Notes: a model not told the origin generated them from the letters alone. DNA of 64,000 nt from Chlorokybus atmophyticus (GCA_009103225.1 RHPI01001517.1:12505-76504); one strand, 5' to 3'. Shown: positions 12,301 through 25,362, numbered from the stretch's first letter. Made by a program: numbers and translations.

Positions 12301-13768
12301 GGCAAACAGAAGGGTAAAAAAACATGTTGCGTGTACACGTGCTCGTACACGCAAGTGTGTGCGCCCAGTCACATGCACGCACCTGCTAGTGACCAATATT
12401 ATCAGAGTACAGCAGAGTCCAGCATAATCTGCAGGGGAGCCGCAGCATGTGACTTGGATGTGTATGTTTGGTTTGTCGCTCACCGGCGCGTGCGTGCCAG
12501 GTGTTCCAGGTGAAAAGGCCCCAAAATGTGGGGTACCTGGCAAGATAGGAATACCAGGCGACCCAGGGTCTTTTCAACTGCAGGCGTTCCGTCTTCATAA
12601 GGTTTGGCGCAGTGGATTCAGATAGCAACCAGATAGCAAAGTCGGTCTGCGGTTGTTGATGTATGCCTGCATTAGGGTGCAAGCCTGAGCTGTGTTGCTT
12701 TCTTTCGCATGCATACAACAGGCAGGTTCAGAAGCTGAAGCCCTTTGCGAACCGCAGCGCGTCGCCTCGGCGATAGACATTCGAGGTCACATCAGTTTGG
12801 ACCTAACAATGGGCTACTTGAACATTGCCAACTGCCATGCTGGTGAGAAAAGACGCCTTTCTTTGCATAGTGACACAACATTTTTTCTCGAATCAACGTG
12901 CAAGTGTGAAGTTGGTCTGCTGTGTGATTATGCAGTGCCGGAGCTAGTGGCCTTTGCGTTTGCTGTGGGCGTGCTACGCCTCATCTCTTCTCGTGTTGCG
13001 GTGCTGAAGGAGTTGACCGAACAGGAAATTGTAAGGAAGCCATACATTGGTTATCGGTGTTGCACCCTGGAAGAGTTGTTCTGCATGCTGACACTCATCC
13101 CATGGACACATCACCAACTTTCTAAACCTGTCTTCAGGAGGAGTACCGGCAAGACGTACAGAAGTATCAGCAGCACAGGAGACGTCCCCTGAACAACACA
13201 CAGAAAGCTCAAGCCCGCGCCATGGAGAAGAAACAGGTGTGAGCACCATCGCCATCGCGCACATACACCTGCACGTACCCATACCCATACACATGCACCC
13301 ACACCCACACGCACTCCCGCGCACAGTCACGCACGTGCCCACACGCACGCACGTGCACGCACACGCGCACGCACACATCAGAGGGAACTTTAACATCACC
13401 CAAGGTAGCCAGTATCCGGGTGTGTATCTCGGGTCCACCGCACTGCGCTGCTGTCCACAACACTGCACACAGCGTGCAAGCGCGATGCGTGACAAGCACG
13501 CTGTGCGCATCAGGTGTTTCTTACTTCTGCGGGTGCGGGGTATGATTATTATTTCCCTTATGCGGGAGCAACAGCCATGCCGTTCAGCGCCTCCAGTTTC
13601 GACTACAATTCTACGGCGGCATTAACATCAACGCCGTACATCATGAGTGATCCTCAGGGCGGAAACTGCGGCGGCTGCGGTGGTTGCGGCGGTTGTGGCG
13701 GTTGTGGTGGAGGTGGATGTGGAAGTGATGGAGGCGGATGTGGAGGTTGTGGAGGCTGCGGTGGATGA
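9324..13768 (+). CDS. GRDP1: Glycine-rich domain-containing protein (GRDP1/2-like), multi-exon; true start codon upstream not resolved
   Basis: Exon peptides DGPQLAAALHRYEAYWLPL, APPVDVQWVWQCHMLSPTTY, YDIEAAALRQAAFIYQ and APTYDIDMVWHAHMMHP..Y...KVFKHDDT match recalled plant GRDP motifs. The terminal tail GGNCGGCGGCGG...CGG* ends at TGA 13766-13768. Confidence 0.85.
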
Positions 13769-14425
13769 GGCAGTCATTTAACATTGGTAATCGTCTGTCT
13801 TGATGAGAGGCATCCACTGTGCAGCTCAGTGCAGGCAGCGCAAGCCTCTTGAACCCATCATCACACGAGCTTGCTGCTAACCAGACGTGTTGTACATATT
13901 GCACGTAGTGTGACGTCGATGTGGCAGCTGTGGCGCATAGTGGCCCCAGAGCTTGCAATGTCCCATGGACAGGTCATGAGTGTACAACCTGTTAACCTAT
14001 GTTGTTCTGTATGCTGCAGGCTGGTACATGACAGGTTCACCTTGAGCAAGGCTAGTTGCATTGCTTAGACGCGTGCGTGCAGGTTGCATATGCTGGCTAA
14101 TCACCCCCCGTACGCAATGTCGCTCAAAGTCGACCGGACACAGCTGAGGTTGTCTGGAAATGCGTGCGTACGCACATGTGCGTGCATGCGCGTGTGTGTG
14201 CATGGCGCATTACAGGGGCTGTGCGCGGGTGCATTTGTGTGTTCATGCATGTGTGTGCAATGCTTTGTGGTCTTTACCTTTGAGAACTCACTATGGCTTT
14301 ACACTGATATGTATTATGTCTGCATCTATCTATGCCACACATACATACTCAAGCATGTGGTGCTGCAAGCTACATACTCGAGGAATTTAACACAACAACG
14401 CGCGCTAGAAACTACCCAACATGTG

Positions 14426-17009
14426 CTACCTAACCTGACTGCCGGTGCCTGCAATAGCCTGGACCACAACAACACCCTCTTCAACGCCCGCGTGCACATC
14501 ATCAACCTTCTTGAGCTCGGCCTCCGCGGCGGCAGACTTCTGCGCCTGCTGCCACCTCGCCACCCTGCCCGCCAGGTAGAACGCCATCGGCTGCCCCACA
14601 AAGATCTGAATCAGCTGGCCGATCACGCACGGCACCGCCAAGAGACCTTGCACCGCCACGTCTTGCGTGATGTACCTGTTGTATGCAGGTATGGTTTGGT
14701 CAGCTGGAGTCAACCCACAATCCTGCCCAACAACTGGTTGGGCAAAAGCTAGGACGTCGCTACAAGTGAAGCGTCTAACATGGCATGGCAGGTACACGAA
14801 GGAAATGCAATGTGTGTATAAGTGATGCACAACAGATGTAAGGGACAGAGCTTGCATGCGCGTGCATATTCCATGTTTTGCGCATATTGCACGGTTGCTG
14901 CATGAAATGTGCACATGAGCAGTGAGGTTTGCTTACGTGATGACGGTTACAGCAACAGGCGCACTCTTCTGGCTGGCCATGATGACAGTGGAGATGGCCT
15001 CCAGTAGCGGTATTCGCAGCAGGATGACGGCTGCGGTGTTGAACGCCAAGTAGATAAAATGGATAAGCATAATGGACACTATGACCACCAACATGTTGCC
15101 AAACTTCGTGTCGACAATCTGCGTCCGGCCGCTAGAGATGGTTTGCCAGATCAGTAATGCCAGGTTCGTGTTGCTGATGATAGACAGCTCCTGCTTGTAT
15201 TTCCTCTGGAAGTTCAAAGCTGCGGGGCTGAACTCCCGGAGCCCTTTGCCCAGCAGCGTTGGTACCTGTCAGTGGTGAATGTGTCAGATTGAGCCTTCCC
15301 CCCTCAACTTCTGGATTCATGTGGCACAGGCAGTGTACTGGTCAGCGTATGCCCATGCACACACATACAAGTGTATACAAACGCGCAGGTATCGATGTAG
15401 CACGTATACTGCTGGGGATGGTAGCATACCAACAAGTATGCTCAGGTATGCATGTGGATCAGCGTAAGCGGATGCATGTGTGCGTGTGGATGGGTGTGCA
15501 TGGATGGGTGTGCCTGCATGAGTGTCGGTATGGTGGCACGCACGTCTGTATTTGCATATACCTCAGTGGTTTCGTGAGGGTGTACGCTGTTGTGCATTGA
15601 CACAATAACACATACCAGGAAAGAGATGAGGAGTTTGACGAAGATGTCCACAAAGCTGATGTTCAGCTTTGCGACACCCGCGGCATCTCCAGACAGGAGC
15701 GCTTTGAGCCACAGGGGAATGAGGATGACTCCGATAACATTTGAGCCAACTGTCAAAAAGATGGCGAGGGCCGCATTGCCTTTGGCTGAATTGACCAACG
15801 ATACGCCGACTCCAAGCGTGGTTGGCACCAAGCAAAAGATCACAAGTCCCGTGCTGAGCTCTGGCGGGCTGAAGGGGAGATGCTTCACTGCCCAGGCCAG
15901 GTTGGGAGTCAACGCCACAATTGATATGAAACCGAACAGCGTGCCAAGAATGGTCTTCCGAGTGAACGCGTCCTTCAGCTCGTCCGTCCGCAGCGTCAAG
16001 CCGGATATGAAGAACACTACGCAGATGTTGATGAAGGTGATGACGTGCACACCTGCAACCTGCAATGAGCGAGCATGATTGGCATGCGCATGCACTCGCA
16101 CCTGAGCGCACGCATGCACACATGCATATACGCACGCACATGCCTGTGGTCACCCCAATGTCCGCACACCGGCACACAAACTCACACTCACGCATGCGCA
16201 CGTAGCAGATATCGCACTTGAGTGCAAGATAGAAATGCGCATTGCCCCAAAAACTTTCCGCAATGGCTGACACGTACACTGCATGCAAGTGCAGCCAGCA
16301 CATGCTAAGCGCTGGCTCAAAACAAATTCATGTGCACCCTTGGTGAGATTGTGTAAATGTTTGTTGTTGGCAGTGACAAGTTGACCTGACTTGTTGAACA
16401 TGTGTCATGTTGGCTTAGCTACCTTGGGCCTTGTGAGCCTCTCTCCTGGCAGCGGCCAAGACAATGCGATGACAAACGCAACGAAGAAGGCGAAAGGAAG
16501 ATAGTTCCGTATGATTGTTGCCCTGAGCAAAGCAGAGGGCAGTCAATAAGCATGCCCAACGTGGTGACCAGCGATAACACCTCAACTCAAGGCATTGCAG
16601 CACTCAACAATGCTGAGCAATGTAGCAACACCTGAGTTCATTGGATTGGTCAGCATGCGTGTTTGTACAACATGCTAGTTTCCACAGTCACACAATTGTG
16701 CGCATAGGCTGCGTTGCAGGCTGCGTTGCAAGCTGCGAACAGCTGCGAACAGCCCCAGGCAGCACTGCACAGTTAGTGAGTGGACTTGCAATGTCCAGAC
16801 ATCAGGACAGGGCTTATGCGCCACTCACAAGTCAGATAGCCAAAGCCTTACTTGAGCGTTTTGTAGAGTACAGACAATTCCTGCTTCACCGCCGACGTCG
16901 GCCGCTCATTTTGGCCCTGAACAACACCATTACGAATGCTTGTGGTGCTGCTGCCAGCTGCCTTGGAGTCCGACTCAACTGGCGCCAGCGCACCGCCGGC
17001 GCCAGCCAT
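14426..17009 (-). CDS. BASS4: Bile acid:sodium symporter family transporter (SBF-like, BASS4/SLC10A7 type), multi-exon
   Basis: ATG at 17009 (MAGAGGALAP). Exons NYLPFAFFVAFVIALSWP, VFFISGLTLRTDEL, GLVIFCLVPTTLGVGVSLVNSAKGNAALAIFLTVGSNVIGVILIP, MASQKSAPVAVTVI, GLLAVPCVIGQLIQIFV. GT-AG junctions. TAG stop at 14426-14428. Confidence 0.88.
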
Positions 17010-19597
17010 TGCAACAGCTAAGCTTGCACCTGTCTCCTGCTACCCTATCCTGTCGAGAAAAGTGCTCTTCTTGTCCTCCCTGTGGTCCGTGTCGTCCTTT
17101 TCCGCCGCCGCCGCCCACACTTTTTGGGCACGAAGCACCCACCTTAACGCCCTATGGGCAGCAACCTTAACGTACGCTGCCTGCGAAGCAGCGTGAGCCC
17201 AGGAGCCCAGGAGCGTTGAGTTTAGCGGACAGCAGCTTAACGCGGCGTGCAGCGGGAAAACACTTCAGCAGCATGCGGTCAATGCAATGCACTGGGATAG
17301 GGTCGCAGCGTAGACCCCAACAAAGGAAAAAGTGCAGCGGGGTCGCTTATGATTGAGTCATGATTTATAGGGGTCAATGCGGAGAGTACGAGGGCCTATC
17401 GCGGTTGTGAACTGCACTTGGCGAGTTCAGTTCATGAATCATCGAGGTCTCAGCTTCAGAGCTTCGGCGAGAGTGTAAAACTGCCGAAAATGGAAAGGGA
17501 CAGCGACCGAGGTGCACTGCTGCTGCGTGCGGCCGTGTATGCGATGTCTTACATCTGGACAGCCGTATGTGGATAGCCTTGCAACTGAGTGCACATTGTG
17601 ATACTGATTGTTACTTCATGTATGCGATACACATGGGGCCAATGGACAAGGCGGGTGGCATCATACACGCAACACATACAGCCATAGCAAACCTAAAATG
17701 GGAGGGGGACCCTAACCATGTGGTGTAACGAGACCAAAGGGGAGGAGGGGGGAGGGAGCACCACACCAGAAGCATGGGCCGAAAAACACCTACTAGCACC
17801 GCGCATGAATGATGTATGAGTCATGCACATAGCATGCAGCAAGAAGTATGGTTATTTAGACCACGCAATCGTAATTGATTCATGTATTGTGGTACAATGG
17901 CTGCAGCATTACAACGGTCGGACAAAACAAAAACCCTCATCAATTGCATTACGGTGGCACATGAATGAAAGGTTTTAAATCCTCATGTACGGGGAGTATA
18001 CCTCGTCATTATCGTCATATATTATGTACTGCTATTATTGTGATATTTACACACAATTAATTACATTAATGTGGATGCAAAACGCACATAGCATTTGTGT
18101 TTAAAAATATATTCTATATCGTAAATGCATTTACGTTATGGGACATAATTGGGATAAGTGGTTTTTCATACTATAGCGGCTTTTTCTTTTACAGTTCATG
18201 GTTGTGAAAACATCATCTTGCATTATGTAATCGCTAACAGCGTTGTGACAACCATAACGATGATGCTTACATGCGTGAGTTTATTATCGTATTTATTGAC
18301 CACTATTCAATACTAATTGACAAGTTGTCAATACGTTTATATCACGTGTTGTTGTTGTTGCAAGCATAAGCGCTTATGGGGCTTAAGATATTATGGCATG
18401 TCAGTGTACACATAATAGTTAACAAAGTAATCTTACATCCAATACGTAGAGAACAATACATAGAGAATAGTAACATGTAAACGATATACTTTAAGCATTG
18501 TCGAGCATGATGAGCAATGCAATATGATTTTAATATTACATAGCTTATATGTCAACATTTTATAACATCTTATAACATTATTGATTTGAGAGGTTGTGTT
18601 GGCCAAAGCACTTGCGCAGCTTGCATGTTATGACACATATCGTAACTTATCACATTCTCAAAATGTAATGACATATTATACTCGTAGTGATATTATAAAT
18701 GTTGTAAGACATCAATATGCGACGTTGCATATTCGTGAACCAACAAATACATGCATGATTTGGATTAAACGATGTAAATGGAAGTGTCAATTGCAATGTA
18801 TTTCAAAGTATTGCAAGATAATAGCTTATTGATCATATGTTCTTAAAACAAATGACACATTTTATGATCTCGAATGTAATACATGTGCAAGTATGATGTT
18901 TTACACTGTACTTATGCAGTCGCTGCATGAACTGAGCGCACCATTCACCTTTCAATAAACTTAATAAATATAACACTTATACAACCTATGCATTTTACGC
19001 AACATTAACGAGCTTATTACTTGTCCCGTATAACTTTTATGCTTGAGCCGCAGCTAACGTGTGCTATTTAGTTAACTGATTATTATCATGGGCCAGTATG
19101 TATACATCCATTAATATCATGATGGTTCTTCAAATTAAGTGCATAAGACAATACTTATCATGTACGCACAATTTTGTCTATCAAACTGTTTTGGTAGACA
19201 AAACTGTAACTGTTGGGTTCCGCTATGGAACTCTCGGTCTCACGGCTCAAGCAACCGGGCACAACACTTCCGATCGTCGGACGGGCAGCACGCATGCATG
19301 CTGTTGTGACACAACGGTGCCTCTGCATGCCAGTGACTACACGTGGCAGTGTGGCTGGAGAGGCGGCGGTGTTGCTGTACTTGTCGTTGCTCTGGATTTT
19401 TATCTTGAACGAAACTAGCGAGCTTAGCTGCGAATCAACGTGCATGCAGCAGTGGGGCTTCCAGCCAGCTTGAGTGCTGGTAGCACCAGCCTCAGCGGAC
19501 GTTTGTTTTGACTTTGTCTCGGTTTGTTTTGACTTTGTCTCTCTGCCAATGCTGCATGGCTGCCGTTGAGCTTGCATGACGGGGAGAGCTGAAGCAC

Positions 19598-21882
19598 ATG
19601 GCGGCACCGTCACCCCAGATGAACTTCCGCCAGCGCCGCCTGGCGAACCTCACCAACTTGCCTGCTGAAGAGCTTTACAACCGGAGCAAGAATGAACAGC
19701 AGGTGCGAGTGACTCCGCTACTGCTGGCTAGGTGCTGCTATGAAATAAGCTGCGCTACACACGATCTGTCATTCAGCTTCCTCGCAGTACTGATGACACT
19801 CTGTGACAAGCAAACCGCAACCACAGCTACCTGTTTTTTTTTCTCACGGAGTGTCACAGCTTAGTTCAGATAGTACAAGCGCACAAGTCTCTGCGTGAGC
19901 CAGCCCTATGACTGTAGTTCACAGAATTGTAGTCTGCAAGATGCATGTACAAAGTGCATGAGCGGCCGTTTGCTAGCTTCCCCAGAAGCTAGCAGTCACT
20001 ACGTGGTGTGGTCACCCCACCTGGACGGCACTGGCCAGACTGGTCGGCCTGGTCAGGTTGCGATTGACGGAATGTGACAGCAGCTGGGTTTCAACGCATA
20101 ATGTGTAAGCATGTGTGAAGTTACCAGGGACATGCAGCAACCAGTCTTGCATTGTTGGTGTCCACATCAGAGTTTGACTGACTAACTGGCGCCTTGCTCT
20201 GGTAGCTATCAGCACCTAGCAGCTATCAGCACCTAGCAGCAATGCAAGGCCTGGTAGCTAGCACTGGCTAGCAGCTTGCTGTACAGCTGTGTCTGTCTGA
20301 TAGACCGGCTTGAAAAGCATTGAAACAGCTTGCTTGGATGCAGATTAAAGAAGCTGAGCTGCGTGCTCTGCGCGGGGAAGTTGACATGCTGCGTAGGCTG
20401 CTGAACGAGAAGGAGTATCCACATGAACACAGCTTCATTGCGCATGTGTGCGTTCTTGTTGCTGGTGCTCCATTTAGAGTAGCATCCTTGACAGAAACCA
20501 AGCCGCCTGCTGGACCTGAAAGACGAAGCCATAGAAAAAGCCCAGGTTAACTTGGTGAACAACCTCAAGCGGTCATCCGCTGTCAACCATGAGATCATCA
20601 CTTTAAACACCAAACTGCAGCGCGAGGTGTCCAGACTGAAGGCAGAGGTGAGGCTAGCATTGACGTCAGCTAAGCATCAGTCTTACGGCCCAGCCGCTTA
20701 TCTGGGGTCAGGCGCCAGAATTGCTTGAATGAAATTAACGTGCCACATCAGGTGTGGCACAGCTGTAGTGGCCCAGTGCCCCAACTACAGCTGTGTTTCA
20801 CTTACAACTATCCAGTACTGGTTCTCTAGCTTTCATTTCCGCCAACAGTGTGTTGCAATATATCGAGCTACAGACTTTTTCTCTTGTTGTGTCAAACATG
20901 GACAGAACACGCTGCTTCGGCATGATTCAGCCCAACGCGCTGGTGTATACACGTCTCGACTGGACGAGCTGCAGGTGACAGCCATTTTTGTGCGCACGTC
21001 TGTACAGTATCGTTGATGATATGCTCACATGTACCTGGTCATCACCAACAGAGCCGCATTTCCAGCATGACAGAGTTGCTCAAGGGGTCTGAGCTTGAAC
21101 GAAGCAGATCACAAGACGAGATAGCCTCACTGAAGGTTTGGGAATCCATCATATTGCCATTTGCAATGGTTATGTACTACACTTATCTCTCACACTACTG
21201 TGCTTGGCATTGGCAGCAAACAGTGGTGAGGCTGTCGCAGAGTCAGCGAGTCAGCATCGGTGTGCCTCCGCCGGTGGAGGGCTCTTCCTTTGGCCTCAAC
21301 CAGCTGTACCATCAGCCGCTGCCACAGTCTGTGTTTGAACAAGCTGGACATCTGCAGGCCCACCGTCAGTCTCTCGAGAGCGTGCACAGTCCTCCAGCTC
21401 AAGATATCCATGCGACACCCGTAAGTGTTTTCTGAGACATGTGAAAGTCCAGCATATGTGGCCAATCATGCTTGGTGTGTTAATGGTCCATGCACACAAA
21501 CGTACCAACCATGCTTGCCATATAGGACATGCCTCCGTCAATCAGCCTCCCGGACACGATTGCAGAAATTGCAACTCCCGAAACCAGCACTCAGGTGGAT
21601 TGGCAGCTGGAGCCCAGCACATTGCCGCGCCGTTTGTCTTACGCCGCTGTGGCTGCTCTTGAGCCAGACAGCTGCGGGGAGCAATTGCAATCTGCACCAG
21701 CCACGCCGGTGCAGAAGCCACCCATGTCTGCGAGTGGCAAAAGTGCTGCAGCTGAGGCGGACAAGGAGAACCCGTCGTATACCACAACTCGACCAAAGCA
21801 CCTGCGCCAGCGTACTCCAGTTGTCTACACTGAACCGTCGGTGAAGACAAAGCTGCGCCGTGAGGACCGTCCTCCACGATGA
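19598..21882 (+). CDS. SGO1: Shugoshin-like protein (N-terminal coiled coil, C-terminal basic SGO motif), multi-exon
   Basis: N-terminal RRLANLTNL resembles plant SGO RKKLxDITNL. Coiled-coil exons follow (EAELRALRGEVDMLRRLL, LNTKLQREVSRLKAE). The C-terminus RPKHLRQRTPVVYTEPSVKTKLRR matches the SGO motif YxEPSLxxKLRR. Confidence 0.7.
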
Positions 21883-22244
21883 CTCCGCACCAAGTTGATC
21901 ATGAGTAGGCATCAAGCAGCGCGTTAGGCATGCTGACTTCGCAGATGCAGATAGTTTCCCGGCCAGCCACATTGTAATGAATCTGAATTGACCTTGCGTA
22001 CTTGAGATAGCTGTGGCATATTGAGGCCACTCGTGGCTGTGCACATGACAATCAGAATGATGTGCTGGTTAGTACTACCCTTGTACCTATGGTATGGTAG
22101 CGTTGCAGTGCTCCGTCCACACTGTCGAAACTGCATCAGCATGCCTCTCTCTGATCTGTGTCCCGTTTCCAAGTAAACTAGCTGCAGGACAGACACAAGA
22201 CAGCATGCACACGCATATTATGCGTGCAGGGCCAGGCCGCTGCT

Positions 22245-24952
22245 CTACAAAGACTGCAATTCTGTTGCTGCCAATGCAAGGGTCCGATGTCTTTTCGCTG
22301 CAGGTAAAGAGTCTATCAAACTGCTATCTACCCGCCACCAGCTGCAACCGTAATGCACACGCTCGGCAGAAGCGTCTACCCTGTCTGCACTCTGTTCCTG
22401 TGCTGGTGGCTGTGGCAGCATACTCGTAGCCTGTTCGCCTGCAGGCCCTGTACGCGGCCACGGTCTTTGTATGCAATCGTGGCCGAGAGCTTCCCTGTAG
22501 GCTGCGGTGCACTCCTGAAGCTCTCCAATGCTGTCGGCGGCATCTGCTCTAAGTAACAACGCATCGAAAGCGTTGTGGCGTGCGGTGGACGCTTCACACT
22601 CGGCAAAGACGGGCAGAGCTTCACGCTCCAGCGACTTCTTGCCTTTGGGCTTGTGCAAGGGCTTCACTGCGTGCTTGCTGGCGGAGCCATCCAATGCAGC
22701 CTCGGCATCAGCTGCGTTCCCGTCCGTACCGCGCATGTGCACATGCGTGTGCGTTGGGACCGGACCATTGCAAATCGCATCCAGCAACTGTGCGTTGCCA
22801 GCGTATCGATCGATGGCATCCGCAATGGTATGTGCTTCAGCTTCATCAGACTGCTCCATGGTCTTCAATCGCCAGGCATACACTTCAGCACTCTCCTGTA
22901 TACAGCATGCTTCATATTGTTCTGCTATCATCCAGTATACATTAACCAAGCTACAACAAACCTCGCGCTGCATGCTGGCAAACTGCTCGTAAGACTTAAA
23001 CTCTCGCTTTCCACCTAGGGAGGGAACCAGAAGCAAGTCTGCTGTGTTTGTTGCGCTGATGGTTACGTTGATGGGCGCAGGTGGCTCTGCGGGTGCCGTC
23101 GTAGCAGGTGTAGCTCTGTGTGCATAACACGTTACAGGTTTTATGATGTTGGAACAAGCAAGTCATGGACAAGTTGACGAGAGTGTTGTGGCCATTGCAC
23201 GTACAGGCCAGCAAGTGAGCCGTTGTTGGCGCGAAGGGACTCATAGAGTGCAAAGGCTTCTCGTTTTGCTTGAATGCGGCGCTCTTTGGCGGTCCCATAA
23301 CCAGATCGGTCAGCCGTCTTCAAAACTATCAACCACACATGTTGATCCAATTTGGAGCGATGTGCACCAGTCAGTCAACAAAACCAGTTCCGAGGCACAC
23401 TGTTGGCTGGTGACAAACTCACCGTGAATGACGCACGGGTTGCGTGCCGCCATGCAACACTTTTTGCAACTGTAGTACGGGCACCTGAAAGAACAACCGA
23501 CCGTGACCTCACCAAGTGATTAGAACAAAGAAATAACCAGTCAACGACATTTTGTAACTGTGCAATGCAAATGCCACCAACAAGGACAACACCCAAGGCT
23601 TCTGAAGATCATATGCTACATGACATGATGATCTTGACAAAGCTGGCTTGTAGCTGCAACCTAGTTGCAGCTACAAGCCAGCTTTGGTCAAAAAAATCCA
23701 AAGAAGGCAAACACACTTGCCTTGAGCGCGCGATATTGTCGCACACTTTGCATTTTCGCTTGTCGAGGCCTTTGAGGTAGCGGGCACGCAATTTTGCGGG
23801 GTCTTTCCAAGCGGGTATACTGCCGTCCGGCATGACGGATTTGGGGCCAGGTTTGACATACGGCTTGTTTGGACTTCTTGCCCTCGCCTTCCCGCCAGTC
23901 GTGAGTGCCATCCCGCTCGGGTTTGGCATCCCAGGCTGGCCTGCAGCAGCACAGGCAAAGCCGTATTGTTGACATATCGCAAATGAAAGCATCACAAGTG
24001 AATCACGCTCCAGTGATTTCTACCGGATGTTGAGGGAGTTGCATATCCAGGAATGCTCGCTGCAAACTGCGGGTTGAACAAAATGATTAGTCTCTCATAG
24101 CCAAGAGCATGCTTACTTCACATGCACTGTTCCGAGATACTTGCGTCTGTGTCAATGTCACGGCAGCCAGGAACTGGCTACCAACATCCAAGGCACAGTT
24201 GTTGAGTATTGTGACTGGAGCCAACCGACTCATGGCCTGCCATGCACCATCTCGCAAAGTTTGGTGCATGTGTTGAATCTTACTGCTTTGAACGTTCTGA
24301 ACCCAGTTGACTCACAAGACTGTCGGCATGCAATGTGTGGAAAAGGCGCGTTATGTTGAGAACAAGGTGTGAGACGTCCATACCATCACTAAGACTTAAA
24401 AATGGTCTTCTGCAATGCGAACAGTTCAACCTCCCAAAGAGTTTCATGAATTGTTATATTGATCAGTCTTACGATTCTGCCCCATTTTCCTGCATAATAC
24501 CGTCTGTGTGCACACACCCACTAACGAGATTGGGCAACACGCACGACAACTGACAAATAACAGACACACACATTCTTGACTCAGTCAGCATTGTGCAAGA
24601 ATTAAGCATAATCTGATGCTGACCGAGAGAATGTGGCAAAAACATTGAAAGCAAAATTTACAATCCACGAGTCATTGCTTACACGTGGGAAAGTCTGCGG
24701 GGTGGGCGGTTTAACTGCGATTGTGACTTTCTGAGGGAGAGGTGTAACATGCTGAGGGGTTGGCGCAGGCGGGGCGACAGCTAATACTATCTTGTGCGAA
24801 GCTGGTTGCGACTGCTGCTGGTGCTGAGAGCTAGAAGGCCCAGATGCTCCTGCAAGACCCAAAGCCACAGCCGGGTCTGCCTTCAGGCTGCTGGCGCCCA
24901 GGCCTGATCCCGCCCGCTGCTGCTGCTGAGGCGGCGGCAACTTGTGCGCCAT
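22245..24952 (-). CDS. Conserved plant protein with LRP1/SHI-type zinc finger (At1g32730-like, from memory), multi-exon
   Basis: The spliced finger CKVCDNIARS|RCPYYSCKKCCMAARNPCVIH fits C-x2-C-x7-C-x4-C-x2-CC-x6-C-x2-H. Downstream AWRLKTMEQ...AIDRYAGNAQLL resembles the conserved C-terminal block. First exon inferred at 24952 (MAHKLPPPQQ); its link to exon 2 is uncertain. Confidence 0.7.
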
Positions 24953-25014
24953 GGCGCCGCCGCCGCAGCATGCAGCTGGCAAGCAGCTGAGGCAGGCTTC
25001 TCTCTATCACTGCG

Positions 25015-25046
25015 CCCTAAACCCTAGACCCAAAGTCCTAAGCCCT
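25015..25046. promoter_or_regulatory. Telo-box / degenerate plant telomeric repeats in 5' region
   Basis: ccctaaaccctagacccaaagtcctaagccct contains AAACCCTA at 25019-25026, about 70 bp upstream of the inferred ATG at 24952. Confidence 0.5.
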
Positions 25047-25348
25047 GCCCGCCCTCCTCTCTGTGCTCGCTGCAAAGTGCCAGCTCACGCCCTTGCTTCT
25101 CGCCCCGCCCCGCCCCGCCAGCCAGCAACCCCGTCAAATAAACCGCCGCCGACACCAGCAGCTCGCCCGCCGCCGCCGCCCCCGTCTTGTGCTCCTCCAC
25201 CGCCTCCGCCGCCGCCGTCAGCAGCAGCTAGATATGTTTTGAATAGTTCAGTGCATCAGACTGTTGCACTCTGTGGCGTGTTTGGCGGGAAAGGGTGTCG
25301 GCGGCGATGTCGCTGCCGGCGTCCTGGTTGTCGGCGATGGCGCTGGGT

Positions 25349-25362
25349 AAACCTAACGTTAG
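25349..25362. promoter_or_regulatory. Candidate promoter motif AAACCTAACGTTAG (copy 1)
   Basis: Identical 14-mer also at 49194-49207. Both copies lie upstream of minus-strand genes in the same orientation. Confidence 0.35.

Noticed and set aside
11600-16400. Numerous Cys/His/Met/Val-rich ORFs (e.g. CVCAC, HTHAH) here and throughout the window
   Set aside because: They are open frames through alternating purine-pyrimidine intron sequence, which lacks stop codons. They are not metal-binding proteins.
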